Assembly: GCA_037447435.1 (NCBI GenBank)
Contig: JBBIGR010000070.1
Location: 1-14,488 of the forward strand
Direction: 5' to 3'
Length of the DNA: 14,488 nt
From: Fibrobacteria bacterium
GTDB lineage: Bacteria; Fibrobacterota; Chitinivibrionia; Chitinivibrionales; FEN-1185
Shown: positions 1 through 7,158 of the stretch, piece after piece
Layout of the letters: each line of letters starts with the position of its first letter
Position numbering within the stretch: position 1 is the stretch's first letter
Program-made: the position numbers and the translations under genes
The notes under the pieces: generated by a model
The model's database searches: none
Seen by the model: only the letters and a program-made list of their open reading frames with translations
What the model was told of the DNA's origin: nothing

Positions 1-2
1 TT

Positions 3-275
3 ATGGCGCAACTTTCTTCTGATCTTAACTGTTTAAGTTGCCTCTCAAGATATCGGAAGGATGGCATGATACTATTTCAATTTGAATTAAATGAAAACGG
101 AACAATGTCTAAAATAAATATTATGGGCAAAGATTCTGCTCTAACGGCATTTCTAGACGAAGTTAAGTCATTTTATCAAGACACATGTCACAGTTTTTCA
201 GGATTATTAGGGAAACAGAAAAGAATATTTAGATTTGAATATTATTATTCAAAACAAAATTGTTCGCCAATATAA
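3..275 (+). CDS. 5'-truncated hypothetical protein, possibly TonB-C-like (AgmX/PglI C-terminal-like) domain; may be frameshifted into 239-424
   Basis: The frame is open to the window edge. The pattern 'MAQLSSDL...KDGMILFQFELNENGTMSKINI' resembles the G-x-V-x-V-x-F-x-I-x-x-x-G-x-V strand motif of TonB-C/AgmX-like domains (recalled similarity, weak). Confidence 0.4.
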   Translation: MAQLSSDLNCLSCLSRYRKDGMILFQFELNENGTMSKINIMGKDSALTAFLDEVKSFYQDTCHSFSGLLGKQKRIFRFEYYYSKQNCSPI

Positions 276-424
276 AAGAGATGGATTTTTATGATTTACT
301 GGGAAGAAGAATAATAATAAATGGTAGTTGTTTTCAAAAATTCTTGATATCAAGAGTTATTCCAAATGGATTTTATATTAATAAAAATATTGAGACGGAA
401 ACCAGTAAAATATTTGTCAAATAA
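239..424 (+). pseudogene. Short open frame (ATG at 281, 47 aa) encoding a T9SS type-A-CTD-like tail; probably the frameshifted C-terminus of the 3..275 gene
   Basis: Manual translation of 281-424 gives MDFYDLLGRRIIINGSCFQKFLISRVIPNGFYINKNIETETSKIFVK*, with YDLLGR, GxYI and terminal KIxVK motifs. The frame is open from 239 (after TGA 236-238), overlapping the end of the upstream ORF in the -1 frame. It is below the ORF-track size cutoff. Confidence 0.5.
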
Positions 425-493
425 ATATTTGCAGGCCGCGAAATGGCACGTCCTTATGCGCCAAATTGAAAAGACAAAAGGATATCAAATTTG

Positions 494-522
494 TTGCCAT
501 AAGGCACACGATGTAATATATT
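494..522 (+). promoter_or_regulatory. Sigma70-type promoter of the BrnT-like TA operon, likely giving a leaderless mRNA
   Basis: TTGCCA (494-499), 17-bp spacer, TATATT (517-522). The expected +1 falls at about 529, the A of the second ATG, and there is no Shine-Dalgarno sequence upstream. Confidence 0.6.
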
Positions 523-528
523 ATGACC

Positions 529-810
529 ATGAAGCCATTTCGGTGGAAAATTGAAAAGAATGAATGGTTAAGACTAAACAGAAAAATCTGTTTTGAAGAC
601 GTATCATTCTTTATTGAAAAAGGATACTTACTGGATATTATTGAAAATCCTAATCAAGAAAAGTACAAAGGACAAAATATCTACATTATTGAAATAAACA
701 AATATGTTTTCATGGTACCGTTCAAAGAGGATAATGAAAGCATTGAATTAATAACTATAATACCAAGCAGAAAATTGACAAAGAAATATTTGGGAGGCTC
801 AAATGTATAA
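529..810 (+). CDS. BrnT-like (RelE-superfamily-type) type II toxin
   Basis: MKPFRWKIEKNEWLRLNRKICFEDV...YVFMVPF...LITIIPSRK matches the F-x-W-x-x-x-K-N...R-x-I-x-F-E and terminal I-I-x-x-R-K pattern of BrnT-type toxins. The gene lies upstream of, and overlaps by 8 nt, an antitoxin-like gene. Alternative start at 523. Confidence 0.8.
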   Translation: MKPFRWKIEKNEWLRLNRKICFEDVSFFIEKGYLLDIIENPNQEKYKGQNIYIIEINKYVFMVPFKEDNESIELITIIPSRKLTKKYLGGSNV

Positions 811-1072
811 ATTATCAAAAGAAGAAAAGGCATTAATGGAATCGGTCGAAAGCGGCGAATGGAAAAGAGTTTCACATTTTGAAAAAGAAAAGAAAAAGGC
901 TATTCTCTCCGCACGCGAAACACTGAAAAAAAATAAGAGAGTAAATATCAGAATATCCCAAGTCGATCTTGAGTATCTGCAAAAACGTGCATTTGAAGAA
1001 GGTATCCCCTACCAGACATTAATGTCCAGTGTTTTGCATAAATTTGCTCATGGAAGACTGAAAGCCGCCTAA
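803..1072 (+). CDS. CopG/BrnA-like ribbon-helix-helix antitoxin
   Basis: C-terminal 'KRVNIRISQVDLEYLQKRAFEEGIPYQTLMSSVLH' has the RHH strand-helix pattern and the GIPYQTL motif typical of BrnA/CopG-type antitoxins. SD GGGAGG at 792-797. Confidence 0.85.
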   Translation: MYKLSKEEKALMESVESGEWKRVSHFEKEKKKAILSARETLKKNKRVNIRISQVDLEYLQKRAFEEGIPYQTLMSSVLHKFAHGRLKAA

Positions 1073-1110
1073 AGCACCTTCGCAAGTCAGGTGCGCGTGC
1101 TTTAGGTGGC
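1064..1110. repeat. GC-rich inverted repeat overlapping the antitoxin stop codon
   Basis: GCCGCCTAAAGCAC (1064-1077) pairs with GTGCTTTAGGTGGC (1097-1110): 13/14 Watson-Crick pairs plus one G-U. An inner CGCA/TGCG stem is possible. There is no U-tract, so it is not a canonical intrinsic terminator. Confidence 0.7.
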
Positions 1111-1331
1111 CCGCAGAAATAACATATAGATAAAGTCCCGTGTGCCAAGAGATCTGTGAACGGGATTTCTTTCCCGGATACAGTTTATTTATAATAGGAA
1201 TTAACTTACCGCCCAAACAACTTTATTTGCCAACAGACTAATGAAAATTGGCAGAGAACCACGGAAAAGCTTTAAGATTTTGTTTTATATAGTCCGGAAT
1301 ATTAGCGCGAGCGTTATGGCCAGATAAAAAC

Positions 1332-1370
1332 TTGAATGTACGTATCTAATGTGCTATATTATACGTATAA
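1332..1370 (+). promoter_or_regulatory. Sigma70 promoter with extended -10 and palindromic operators for the antitoxin/PIN operon
   Basis: TTGAAT (1332-1337), 17-bp spacer, TG-c-TATATT (1352-1360). TACGTA lies in the spacer (1339-1344) and a perfect palindrome TTATACGTATAA (1359-1370) covers the expected +1. Confidence 0.7.
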
Positions 1371-1383
1371 GGAGGTGGGAATT

Positions 1384-1638
1384 ATGGAATCAAAATTAAC
1401 TTTGAAATTAGACACCGGTGCAATAAATAGGGCAAAACGGTATATCGCTAATCATCGAGGTCGGAGTTTATCTAAATTAGTCGAAAATTATTTCAATTCC
1501 TTAACAAAGACGCAAAATGAAGGAAATTATAATAAAATTCCACCCATTGTTTCAGAATTAGCGGGAATAGCTAAAAAAGAAAAGACTAAAAATATTAAAG
1601 AAGAATACACCGAGTATTTAATTGAGAAATACAAATAA
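1384..1638 (+). CDS. DUF6364-like RHH antitoxin
   Basis: MESKLTLKLDTGAINRAKRY...GRSLSKLVENYF matches the KLTL-x-x-D...AK-x-YA...SLS-x-LVENYF pattern of antitoxins found upstream of PIN genes. A strong SD (AAGGAGG, 1369-1375) supports the start at 1384 rather than 1336. Confidence 0.85.
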   Translation: MESKLTLKLDTGAINRAKRYIANHRGRSLSKLVENYFNSLTKTQNEGNYNKIPPIVSELAGIAKKEKTKNIKEEYTEYLIEKYK

Positions 1639-2060
1639 TGGATAAAATATTTATTGATTCGGACATAATTCTCGATCTTGTCCAAGAACGGGAACACTTC
1701 TTAGATGCAATGCATTTGTTCACATTAATAGAAGAAAATAAAGTAAAAGGTTTTGTATCTCCGCTAATATTTTCAAATTTATTTTATATTTTAAGAAAAC
1801 AGGAATCGAATAAATTTGCCTTGAATGTTTTAGTTAAACTAAAAGCTTTATTACACATTCTAACTATCGATGATAAAATCATAGAGCTGGCTTTATCATC
1901 CGGATTCAAAGATTTCGAAGATGCAATTCAATACTATTCGGCTTTAGAGGCGAATCTAGATTATTTAATAACAAGAAATAAAGAAGATTACAAGAAATCG
2001 GTACTTATTATTTGTAACGCAAAAGAATACCTTGCTATTAGATCCTCAAATATGTCTTAG
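1638..2060 (+). CDS. PIN-domain (VapC-like) ribonuclease toxin
   Basis: KIFIDSDIILD at the N-terminus, and DFEDAIQYYSA and LITRNKEDY acidic PIN motifs. TAATG stop/start overlap with the antitoxin. Confidence 0.9.
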   Translation: MDKIFIDSDIILDLVQEREHFLDAMHLFTLIEENKVKGFVSPLIFSNLFYILRKQESNKFALNVLVKLKALLHILTIDDKIIELALSSGFKDFEDAIQYYSALEANLDYLITRNKEDYKKSVLIICNAKEYLAIRSSNMS

Positions 2061-2136
2061 ATTAGTTCAAAACCGCTCAAATATAATCCCGCTAATAAAG
2101 TTTCGTTATTGCTTGCTAAATCTGCTTAACATATCT

Positions 2137-2161
2137 TAATTTATGCTGATGACATAAATTA
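2137..2161. repeat. AT-rich inverted repeat (possible operator or weak hairpin)
   Basis: TAATTTATG (2137-2145), 7-nt loop, CATAAATTA (2153-2161); perfect 9-bp arms. Confidence 0.45.
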
Positions 2162-2220
2162 TGGAAAATGCGATATTTTGAAGAATGGCCTTTTTTACAG
2201 TCAGATTAGAAGGAAAAAAT

Positions 2221-2859
2221 ATGAATAAAATCATTATCTGCATTTTGCTTTGCGTTTGTATTTCCAATTCAAGCATTTTGGATAAATTTAATATCGGTTT
2301 AGCTTATCAATTTTATGTAAACCCCTTTTCGCCAATTCTTGAAAACCCACAGCATCAAGCAGGCATAATTTCAAAATATGAAATATCAAAAAACAATGCT
2401 TATCTTTGTTTGGAAACTGGAACCAATAGTTGGCTGATTTCAAATTACGATGAGGAATATAACCAAAGTCAATATATTGGTCCGGCATATCTGCAAGATG
2501 ATTCACTTTATCTGCATAAATATCTTTATTATAAGGCAAATTTAAAGGGATTTTATCTAAATCCGTACCTCATGGTTTGTTACGGGAATCTATTTGTAAC
2601 AGCAGGTGGGCAATTTGATATTAGCTATCATTCATATTCGTATTCTGATTCAGTAAAAACAATTTATAATAATTCGGATCAATTTTTAAATACAAATCGG
2701 TATGAAACACATGGAAACGGGAATTATTGGTATAATTTCGCAAGATTTCGTTATAGTATTGGATATAGAATAAATCGTTTTGAAATAAGTGTAGTTTCTT
2801 TTGGTATGTTAAGCCAGATTGGAATATCAGCAAGCTTATTTTTAAAACCAATGTCCTAA
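2221..2859 (+). CDS. Hypothetical exported protein, possibly a small outer-membrane beta-barrel
   Basis: Signal-peptide-like MNKIIICILLCVCISNS with SD GAAGGA at 2209-2214 (the ORF-track start at 2185 is less likely). The protein is Tyr/Gly-rich with amphipathic strands (FNIGLAYQF, FRYSIGYRINRFEISV, QIGISASLF). Confidence 0.6.
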   Translation: MNKIIICILLCVCISNSSILDKFNIGLAYQFYVNPFSPILENPQHQAGIISKYEISKNNAYLCLETGTNSWLISNYDEEYNQSQYIGPAYLQDDSLYLHKYLYYKANLKGFYLNPYLMVCYGNLFVTAGGQFDISYHSYSYSDSVKTIYNNSDQFLNTNRYETHGNGNYWYNFARFRYSIGYRINRFEISVVSFGMLSQIGISASLFLKPMS

Positions 2860-3084
2860 ATATAAATGAAAGAAATGCCTTTCTAATAATAAGGGCTGTT
2901 CGAAGACCTTAGGTTAGCGGGTTCGGCGTATTTTCAATAAAAGTTCGTACTCCCCCATTATTACCTCATAATTACATTTTTAGTGCAATTTAATGAGCCG
3001 CAATGTTACAGTAAGATACTATGACGAATGCACTCGAATAATTCCGCCAATCGCTACTGAACCGCTCCCATAACAGAGGATAAA

Positions 3085-4764
3085 ATGAAAAGTTTATTCA
3101 AAAATGTAACGGTATCTAAAAAACTGACACTGAGCTTCGGCGTTATTGTGATCGGCATTGCTGCTTTAATAATTATCGTGTTTTTAAGCAATGTAGCCAC
3201 GGCAAAAAAAGCATTGCAAACCAAGAATGAAAGCATGTACTATGCTTTGCTTGCTAAAGATATAAAAATCCATTCTATTCAGGTCCAACAATTCCTTACC
3301 GACATTTCTGCAACCAGAGGTTTACCGGGGTTTGACGACGGCTTTAAACTAGCGGAGGAAAATGCGACAGGATTCAAGAAAAAACTGGAAGAATTTAAAA
3401 CATTGTATACAAAAAAGAACAATGAAAAAGCCCTTGCAGAAATCGAGGCATTATCAAAATCCTTTGATGAATATTATGAAATAGGCAAAACAATGGCAAA
3501 AGAATACATTGCCAAAGGCCCGGAGGCGGGCAATGTTTATATGGGGAAATTTGATCCCTATGCGGACAAGCTCGGCGAGCAGGTGGAAAAGTTTGTAAAA
3601 GACCAAACCGACGAACTGGAAAGCAACATGGTTTCGATCGGTAAATCGTCCCGGATGTTGAACTTTATAATTATTATGGTCGGAATCCTCTTGATCGGAA
3701 TTGCGGTGACCACGGGAGTATTGGTTACGCAAAGCATCATTAAACCCCTAAAGATCGTTCTGAAGTCCATAGGCCTTGTGGGCAACAGCGACCTGACATC
3801 AAAAACAAATATTGCTTCGTCCGATGAATTCGGCAAAATCGGCATATCGATCGATGCGACAATTGATAATCTGAACAATGTCATGTCCGTAATAAAAGAC
3901 AATACCGATACGGTTTCTTTTTCCGCAACGAAGCTTTCCGAAATTTCAACGCAAATCGCCGATAACGCCGCGGCTACGACATCGCAGGCGGGTGCCGTTG
4001 CCTCGGCAACCCAACAGGCAACATCGAATGTCAATTTCATTTCCTCCGCTGCCGAGGAAATGTCGAACTCGGCAAATTCGGTGGCAACGGCCATAGAGGA
4101 AATGAGTTCCTCGCTCAATGAAGTCGCCAGAAGTTGCCAAAAAGAATTGAAAATCGTGTCCGAGGCGAATTCAAATGCCCATAGCAGCAAAGCCGTAATG
4201 GACAAGCTGGACATCTCTGCAAAAGCTATCGGCAAAGTGATAGAAACAATTAACAATATCGCAGACCAAACCAATTTGCTGGCCCTTAATGCGACCATCG
4301 AGGCCGCATCGGCCGGAGATGCGGGAAAAGGATTTGCCGTCGTGGCAAACGAAGTGAAAGATCTTGCAAAGCAAACAGCAAAAGCGACCGAGGAAATTGA
4401 AAAACAAATTCAGGACATGCAGGTAGATACGGTATCTGCGGTCAAGGCCATCGATCTGGTAACGAATATCATCGACGAAATAACCGTCATATCGCAAACA
4501 ATCGTCAGCGCGGTAGAAGAACAGAGCGCGACCATTAATGAAATTGCTAAAAGCGTCGGAAACATGAATACCGGAGCGCAGGGCGTTGCCCGCAACGTTG
4601 CGCAATCCGCACAAGGCCTCGAAGAAATAGCCAAAAATATCGGCACCGTAAAAGTCGCAACAACGGAAACCGAAAGCGGCATCATGCAAGTTAAAGAAAA
4701 CGCCAATTCCCTTGCAAAATTAGCGGAACAACTTAAAAGTATCGTTTCAAAATTCAAATTGTAG
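3085..4764 (+). CDS. Methyl-accepting chemotaxis protein (TM - periplasmic helical sensor - TM - HAMP - signalling domain)
   Basis: Hairpin-tip motif [37 protein letters not shown], two hydrophobic segments, HAMP motif (IIKPL...DLT...DEFG) and EE/QQ methylation heptads. SD GAGGA at 3076-3080. Confidence 0.97.
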   Translation: MKSLFKNVTVSKKLTLSFGVIVIGIAALIIIVFLSNVATAKKALQTKNESMYYALLAKDIKIHSIQVQQFLTDISATRGLPGFDDGFKLAEENATGFKKKLEEFKTLYTKKNNEKALAEIEALSKSFDEYYEIGKTMAKEYIAKGPEAGNVYMGKFDPYADKLGEQVEKFVKDQTDELESNMVSIGKSSRMLNFIIIMVGILLIGIAVTTGVLVTQSIIKPLKIVLKSIGLVGNSDLTSKTNIASSDEFGKIGISIDATIDNLNNVMSVIKDNTDTVSFSATKLSEISTQIADNAAATTSQAGAVASATQQATSNVNFISSAAEEMSNSANSVATAIEEMSSSLNEVARSCQKELKIVSEANSNAHSSKAVMDKLDISAKAIGKVIETINNIADQTNLLALNATIEAASAGDAGKGFAVVANEVKDLAKQTAKATEEIEKQIQDMQVDTVSAVKAIDLVTNIIDEITVISQTIVSAVEEQSATINEIAKSVGNMNTGAQGVARNVAQSAQGLEEIAKNIGTVKVATTETESGIMQVKENANSLAKLAEQLKSIVSKFKL

Positions 4765-4845
4765 ATAATTTATCACTTCCCTATTATCGAAAATTGAAAG
4801 TTACATTTTGACACGAAGATACTATTGCAATAGGTAAGCTTTGCA

Positions 4846-7158
4846 TCACTTCTTTTGGAGTTGGTCTTTCAGTTGATTTATCTTTGTATCGATTTCTTTT
4901 TGTTTTTCAGAATTCTTTATTTGTTCTTTTCTTATAGGTTCTTCGAGAACTCGTTTTGAAACAACGGCCAACAGATATGAAATGTCGCTTTTTAATTTTG
5001 ATAAATTTCTTGTGAGAAAAGAAACATTCTGTTGCTCATCCAAGAAATCCCGGTCTGTTTTGATTTCCTGTGCGAGTGACCTTTGGCGCGTATGCAGCAA
5101 ATCGATACGCTCTTGTACATAGCTCAAAGATTGTTGGCTGCCGTATCGCTCCATGGACATTGCAATCGAATCGTTCGCGATGGACACTATGGCTATATGT
5201 TGCTTGATGATATCAATCGAATCCGCCGGCAAGGCCGTCGCACGTTCGATCCGGGTATTGGCGTCCAGAAGAATGTCTTTTGCTTTTCTATCATCCCCTT
5301 GTTTCATGAGCCCGTATCCGCAAAGTAAACTGCCTTCCGAATAATGCAACAAACCCGACGACAAGCGCAATGCGGTCCCTGCCGCGATGCAATCGGCGAG
5401 CCGGTTCGATTTAAGCGCGAGCCATCCCCAAAGCATTTGCGCGTCTTTATAGCAGAGGCTTTCTTTGGAAATGGATTTGACAAGCGAAACCGCTTTGGAA
5501 ATACCACGCTCCTCTTGAATGATGTTTTCATAGAGCATAAATGCGAGAAAAAGACGCGACCGATCGACGATCTGTTTTTGTAATTTCGATTGGGCCGAAT
5601 CGGCAATGCATCGTTGAAAATGAACTGCCGCATCCGTTGGTCTGTTTTGGGCAAGAAGAGCGATTGCCGCGGAATGCTGTGCAAAAAGATAATCGGGATG
5701 ATTTTGAGGAATTGCTTTAAAAAGAACCACGGCTTTTGCATAATCATGTTGTTTCATTGCAGCCTGCCCGTAAATATATGCGGCAACGCTTTTAATGGAA
5801 TCGGCCACTTGACCTTTGAACCTCTCGTTGAAATCGGATGCGACTGCGGAAAAATCGTTTGTACGATAATGAATATCCATAACGCTAAGATCCGAGAGCG
5901 AGCATGCACTGCTGTTGGGATATTCTGCTTTAGTTCGACTAAAAGAGCGCAGTGCCGCAGCATGCATATCAAGATGCTCCTCGCAACTCGCGGCAAAATA
6001 ACTTACCCAATCGTTTTTGTAGAAGATGGGATACTGTGTCTTGATTTGCAATAACAGGAAAAAGGCGTCCCAGTATTTTTCGGCATAATACAATGCAAGC
6101 GCTTTGTTGTAGAGGTCACTAGGAGCATTGTAAAGCCGTTGCGCGCATTGTTTTGCAAACACTTCTTCGCGGTGTTCGCCGATTTCTATGCGAAAAAAGA
6201 ATGTATGCGCAAGCAACTGTTCGATTTGCTGCGTGAGGCGAATACATTGATAACCGAACATAAAATCCCGTCCATTATTTGCCATAGGAACATTAAGCGA
6301 AATTGCAGCGCCGATATATTTAAGGCCTTCGCTCGTAAGGCAAACCATGCCTGCCGGATGCAGAATGTCGGCAAGAGATATCCCCAACCGAAAGCCGGAT
6401 TCCCACAACGGTGAGGCATTTTGCTGAGAGGTAAATACGTCCTTGACCACAAAATCAATATTGCTTTCGATATTGTTGTCCCAAAAAAGCGAATACCAGG
6501 TCAGGCGCACATTACGGGAAAAGGTTTCGTTTTCGTTTGTTGCTTTCAGCATGGGCGGAAGAACATTCTGCGCCGCTATCCCGAACAGATGGGTTCCTAA
6601 AAGCGGATTCGTCATAACGCGATACGATGCCGCCGCATCGAGGCCGTAACCGCTTCTTGTTTCTCCAAAAGCATTTTGGAATGCGACCGTGGCGTTGATA
6701 CCGACACTCAGTCCCTTCCAAAAATTGACCGCATAGGAAGCAATAAAAAAATGACTTTGAAATCCCGTTGTCGAAGAGTCGCCGGGATTAAGATAATCTT
6801 GTTTGACAATCGGCGATGAAGATTGCCCGACCCAGGAAAAGCCTATCGATTGGTCGAGCCCCACCGGATAGGTTACGGCCCCTTCCCAAATGCCGGCATT
6901 GCCCAAAATCGGCACCATGAAGGTCCCGCAAGCCGACGTATACTGTTCCTCAGTCAAAAATGCCGGATTAGACAATGCGGAATAGTGTGAAGAAATCTCC
7001 CGCCATCGCTGTGTCGAAAGAATTTCGCCGGTTAGCCCCTGTGCATAAATGCCGAATGTCAAAGCGCATAAAAATAATGCCGATACAATTACTCTTTGCC
7101 TTATTAAGCAAAAACAATAGCATACTCCGGATAAACGCCGAATTTGATTGTGTTTCAT
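4846..7158 (-). CDS. Outer-membrane beta-barrel (PorV/FadL/PorP-like) + TPR + C-terminal coiled-coil protein (paralog B)
   Basis: Signal peptide ending in GIYA-Q and an early NPA motif (aa ~64). Amphipathic strands run to aa ~327 (FFIASYAV, GLSVGINA, LDAAASYR, AHTFFFRIEIG), followed by TPR helices (LYNKALALYYAEKYWDA; AAYIYGQAAMKQHDYAKA) and a charged coiled-coil tail. ATGA overlap with the GH8 gene stop. Confidence 0.8.
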   Translation of the reverse strand: MKHNQIRRLSGVCYCFCLIRQRVIVSALFLCALTFGIYAQGLTGEILSTQRWREISSHYSALSNPAFLTEEQYTSACGTFMVPILGNAGIWEGAVTYPVGLDQSIGFSWVGQSSSPIVKQDYLNPGDSSTTGFQSHFFIASYAVNFWKGLSVGINATVAFQNAFGETRSGYGLDAAASYRVMTNPLLGTHLFGIAAQNVLPPMLKATNENETFSRNVRLTWYSLFWDNNIESNIDFVVKDVFTSQQNASPLWESGFRLGISLADILHPAGMVCLTSEGLKYIGAAISLNVPMANNGRDFMFGYQCIRLTQQIEQLLAHTFFFRIEIGEHREEVFAKQCAQRLYNAPSDLYNKALALYYAEKYWDAFFLLLQIKTQYPIFYKNDWVSYFAASCEEHLDMHAAALRSFSRTKAEYPNSSACSLSDLSVMDIHYRTNDFSAVASDFNERFKGQVADSIKSVAAYIYGQAAMKQHDYAKAVVLFKAIPQNHPDYLFAQHSAAIALLAQNRPTDAAVHFQRCIADSAQSKLQKQIVDRSRLFLAFMLYENIIQEERGISKAVSLVKSISKESLCYKDAQMLWGWLALKSNRLADCIAAGTALRLSSGLLHYSEGSLLCGYGLMKQGDDRKAKDILLDANTRIERATALPADSIDIIKQHIAIVSIANDSIAMSMERYGSQQSLSYVQERIDLLHTRQRSLAQEIKTDRDFLDEQQNVSFLTRNLSKLKSDISYLLAVVSKRVLEEPIRKEQIKNSEKQKEIDTKINQLKDQLQKK

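Noticed and set aside
342..355. Perfect palindrome TCTTGATATCAAGA
   Set aside because: It lies within a probable coding remnant, has no second copy or promoter context, and is likely chance.
444..459. TGGCACG...TGC sigma54-like site
   Set aside because: The GG-to-GC spacing is one base too long for the strict -24/-12 geometry.
366..554. 62-aa + strand ORF in the track
   Set aside because: It overlaps the CTD-like frame (281-424), the TA promoter and the toxin start, and has no recognisable motif.
1064..1110. Hairpin as an intact attC site or intrinsic terminator
   Set aside because: The ends are GCCTAAA/TTTAGGT, lacking the conserved AAC/GTT triplets. It is shorter than typical attC sites and has no U-tract.
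1336..1383. Longer N-terminus for the antitoxin (ORF-track start 1336)
   Set aside because: This ATG lies inside the predicted promoter, and a strong SD precedes ATG 1384.
3454..4757. Long antisense ORFs (e.g. 3558..4298, 4171..4689) opposite the MCP
   Set aside because: Shadow frames of a well-supported gene with no independent motifs.
4808..4836. TTGACA as a -35 box for an antisense promoter
   Set aside because: There is no acceptable -10 hexamer at 16-18 bp spacing.
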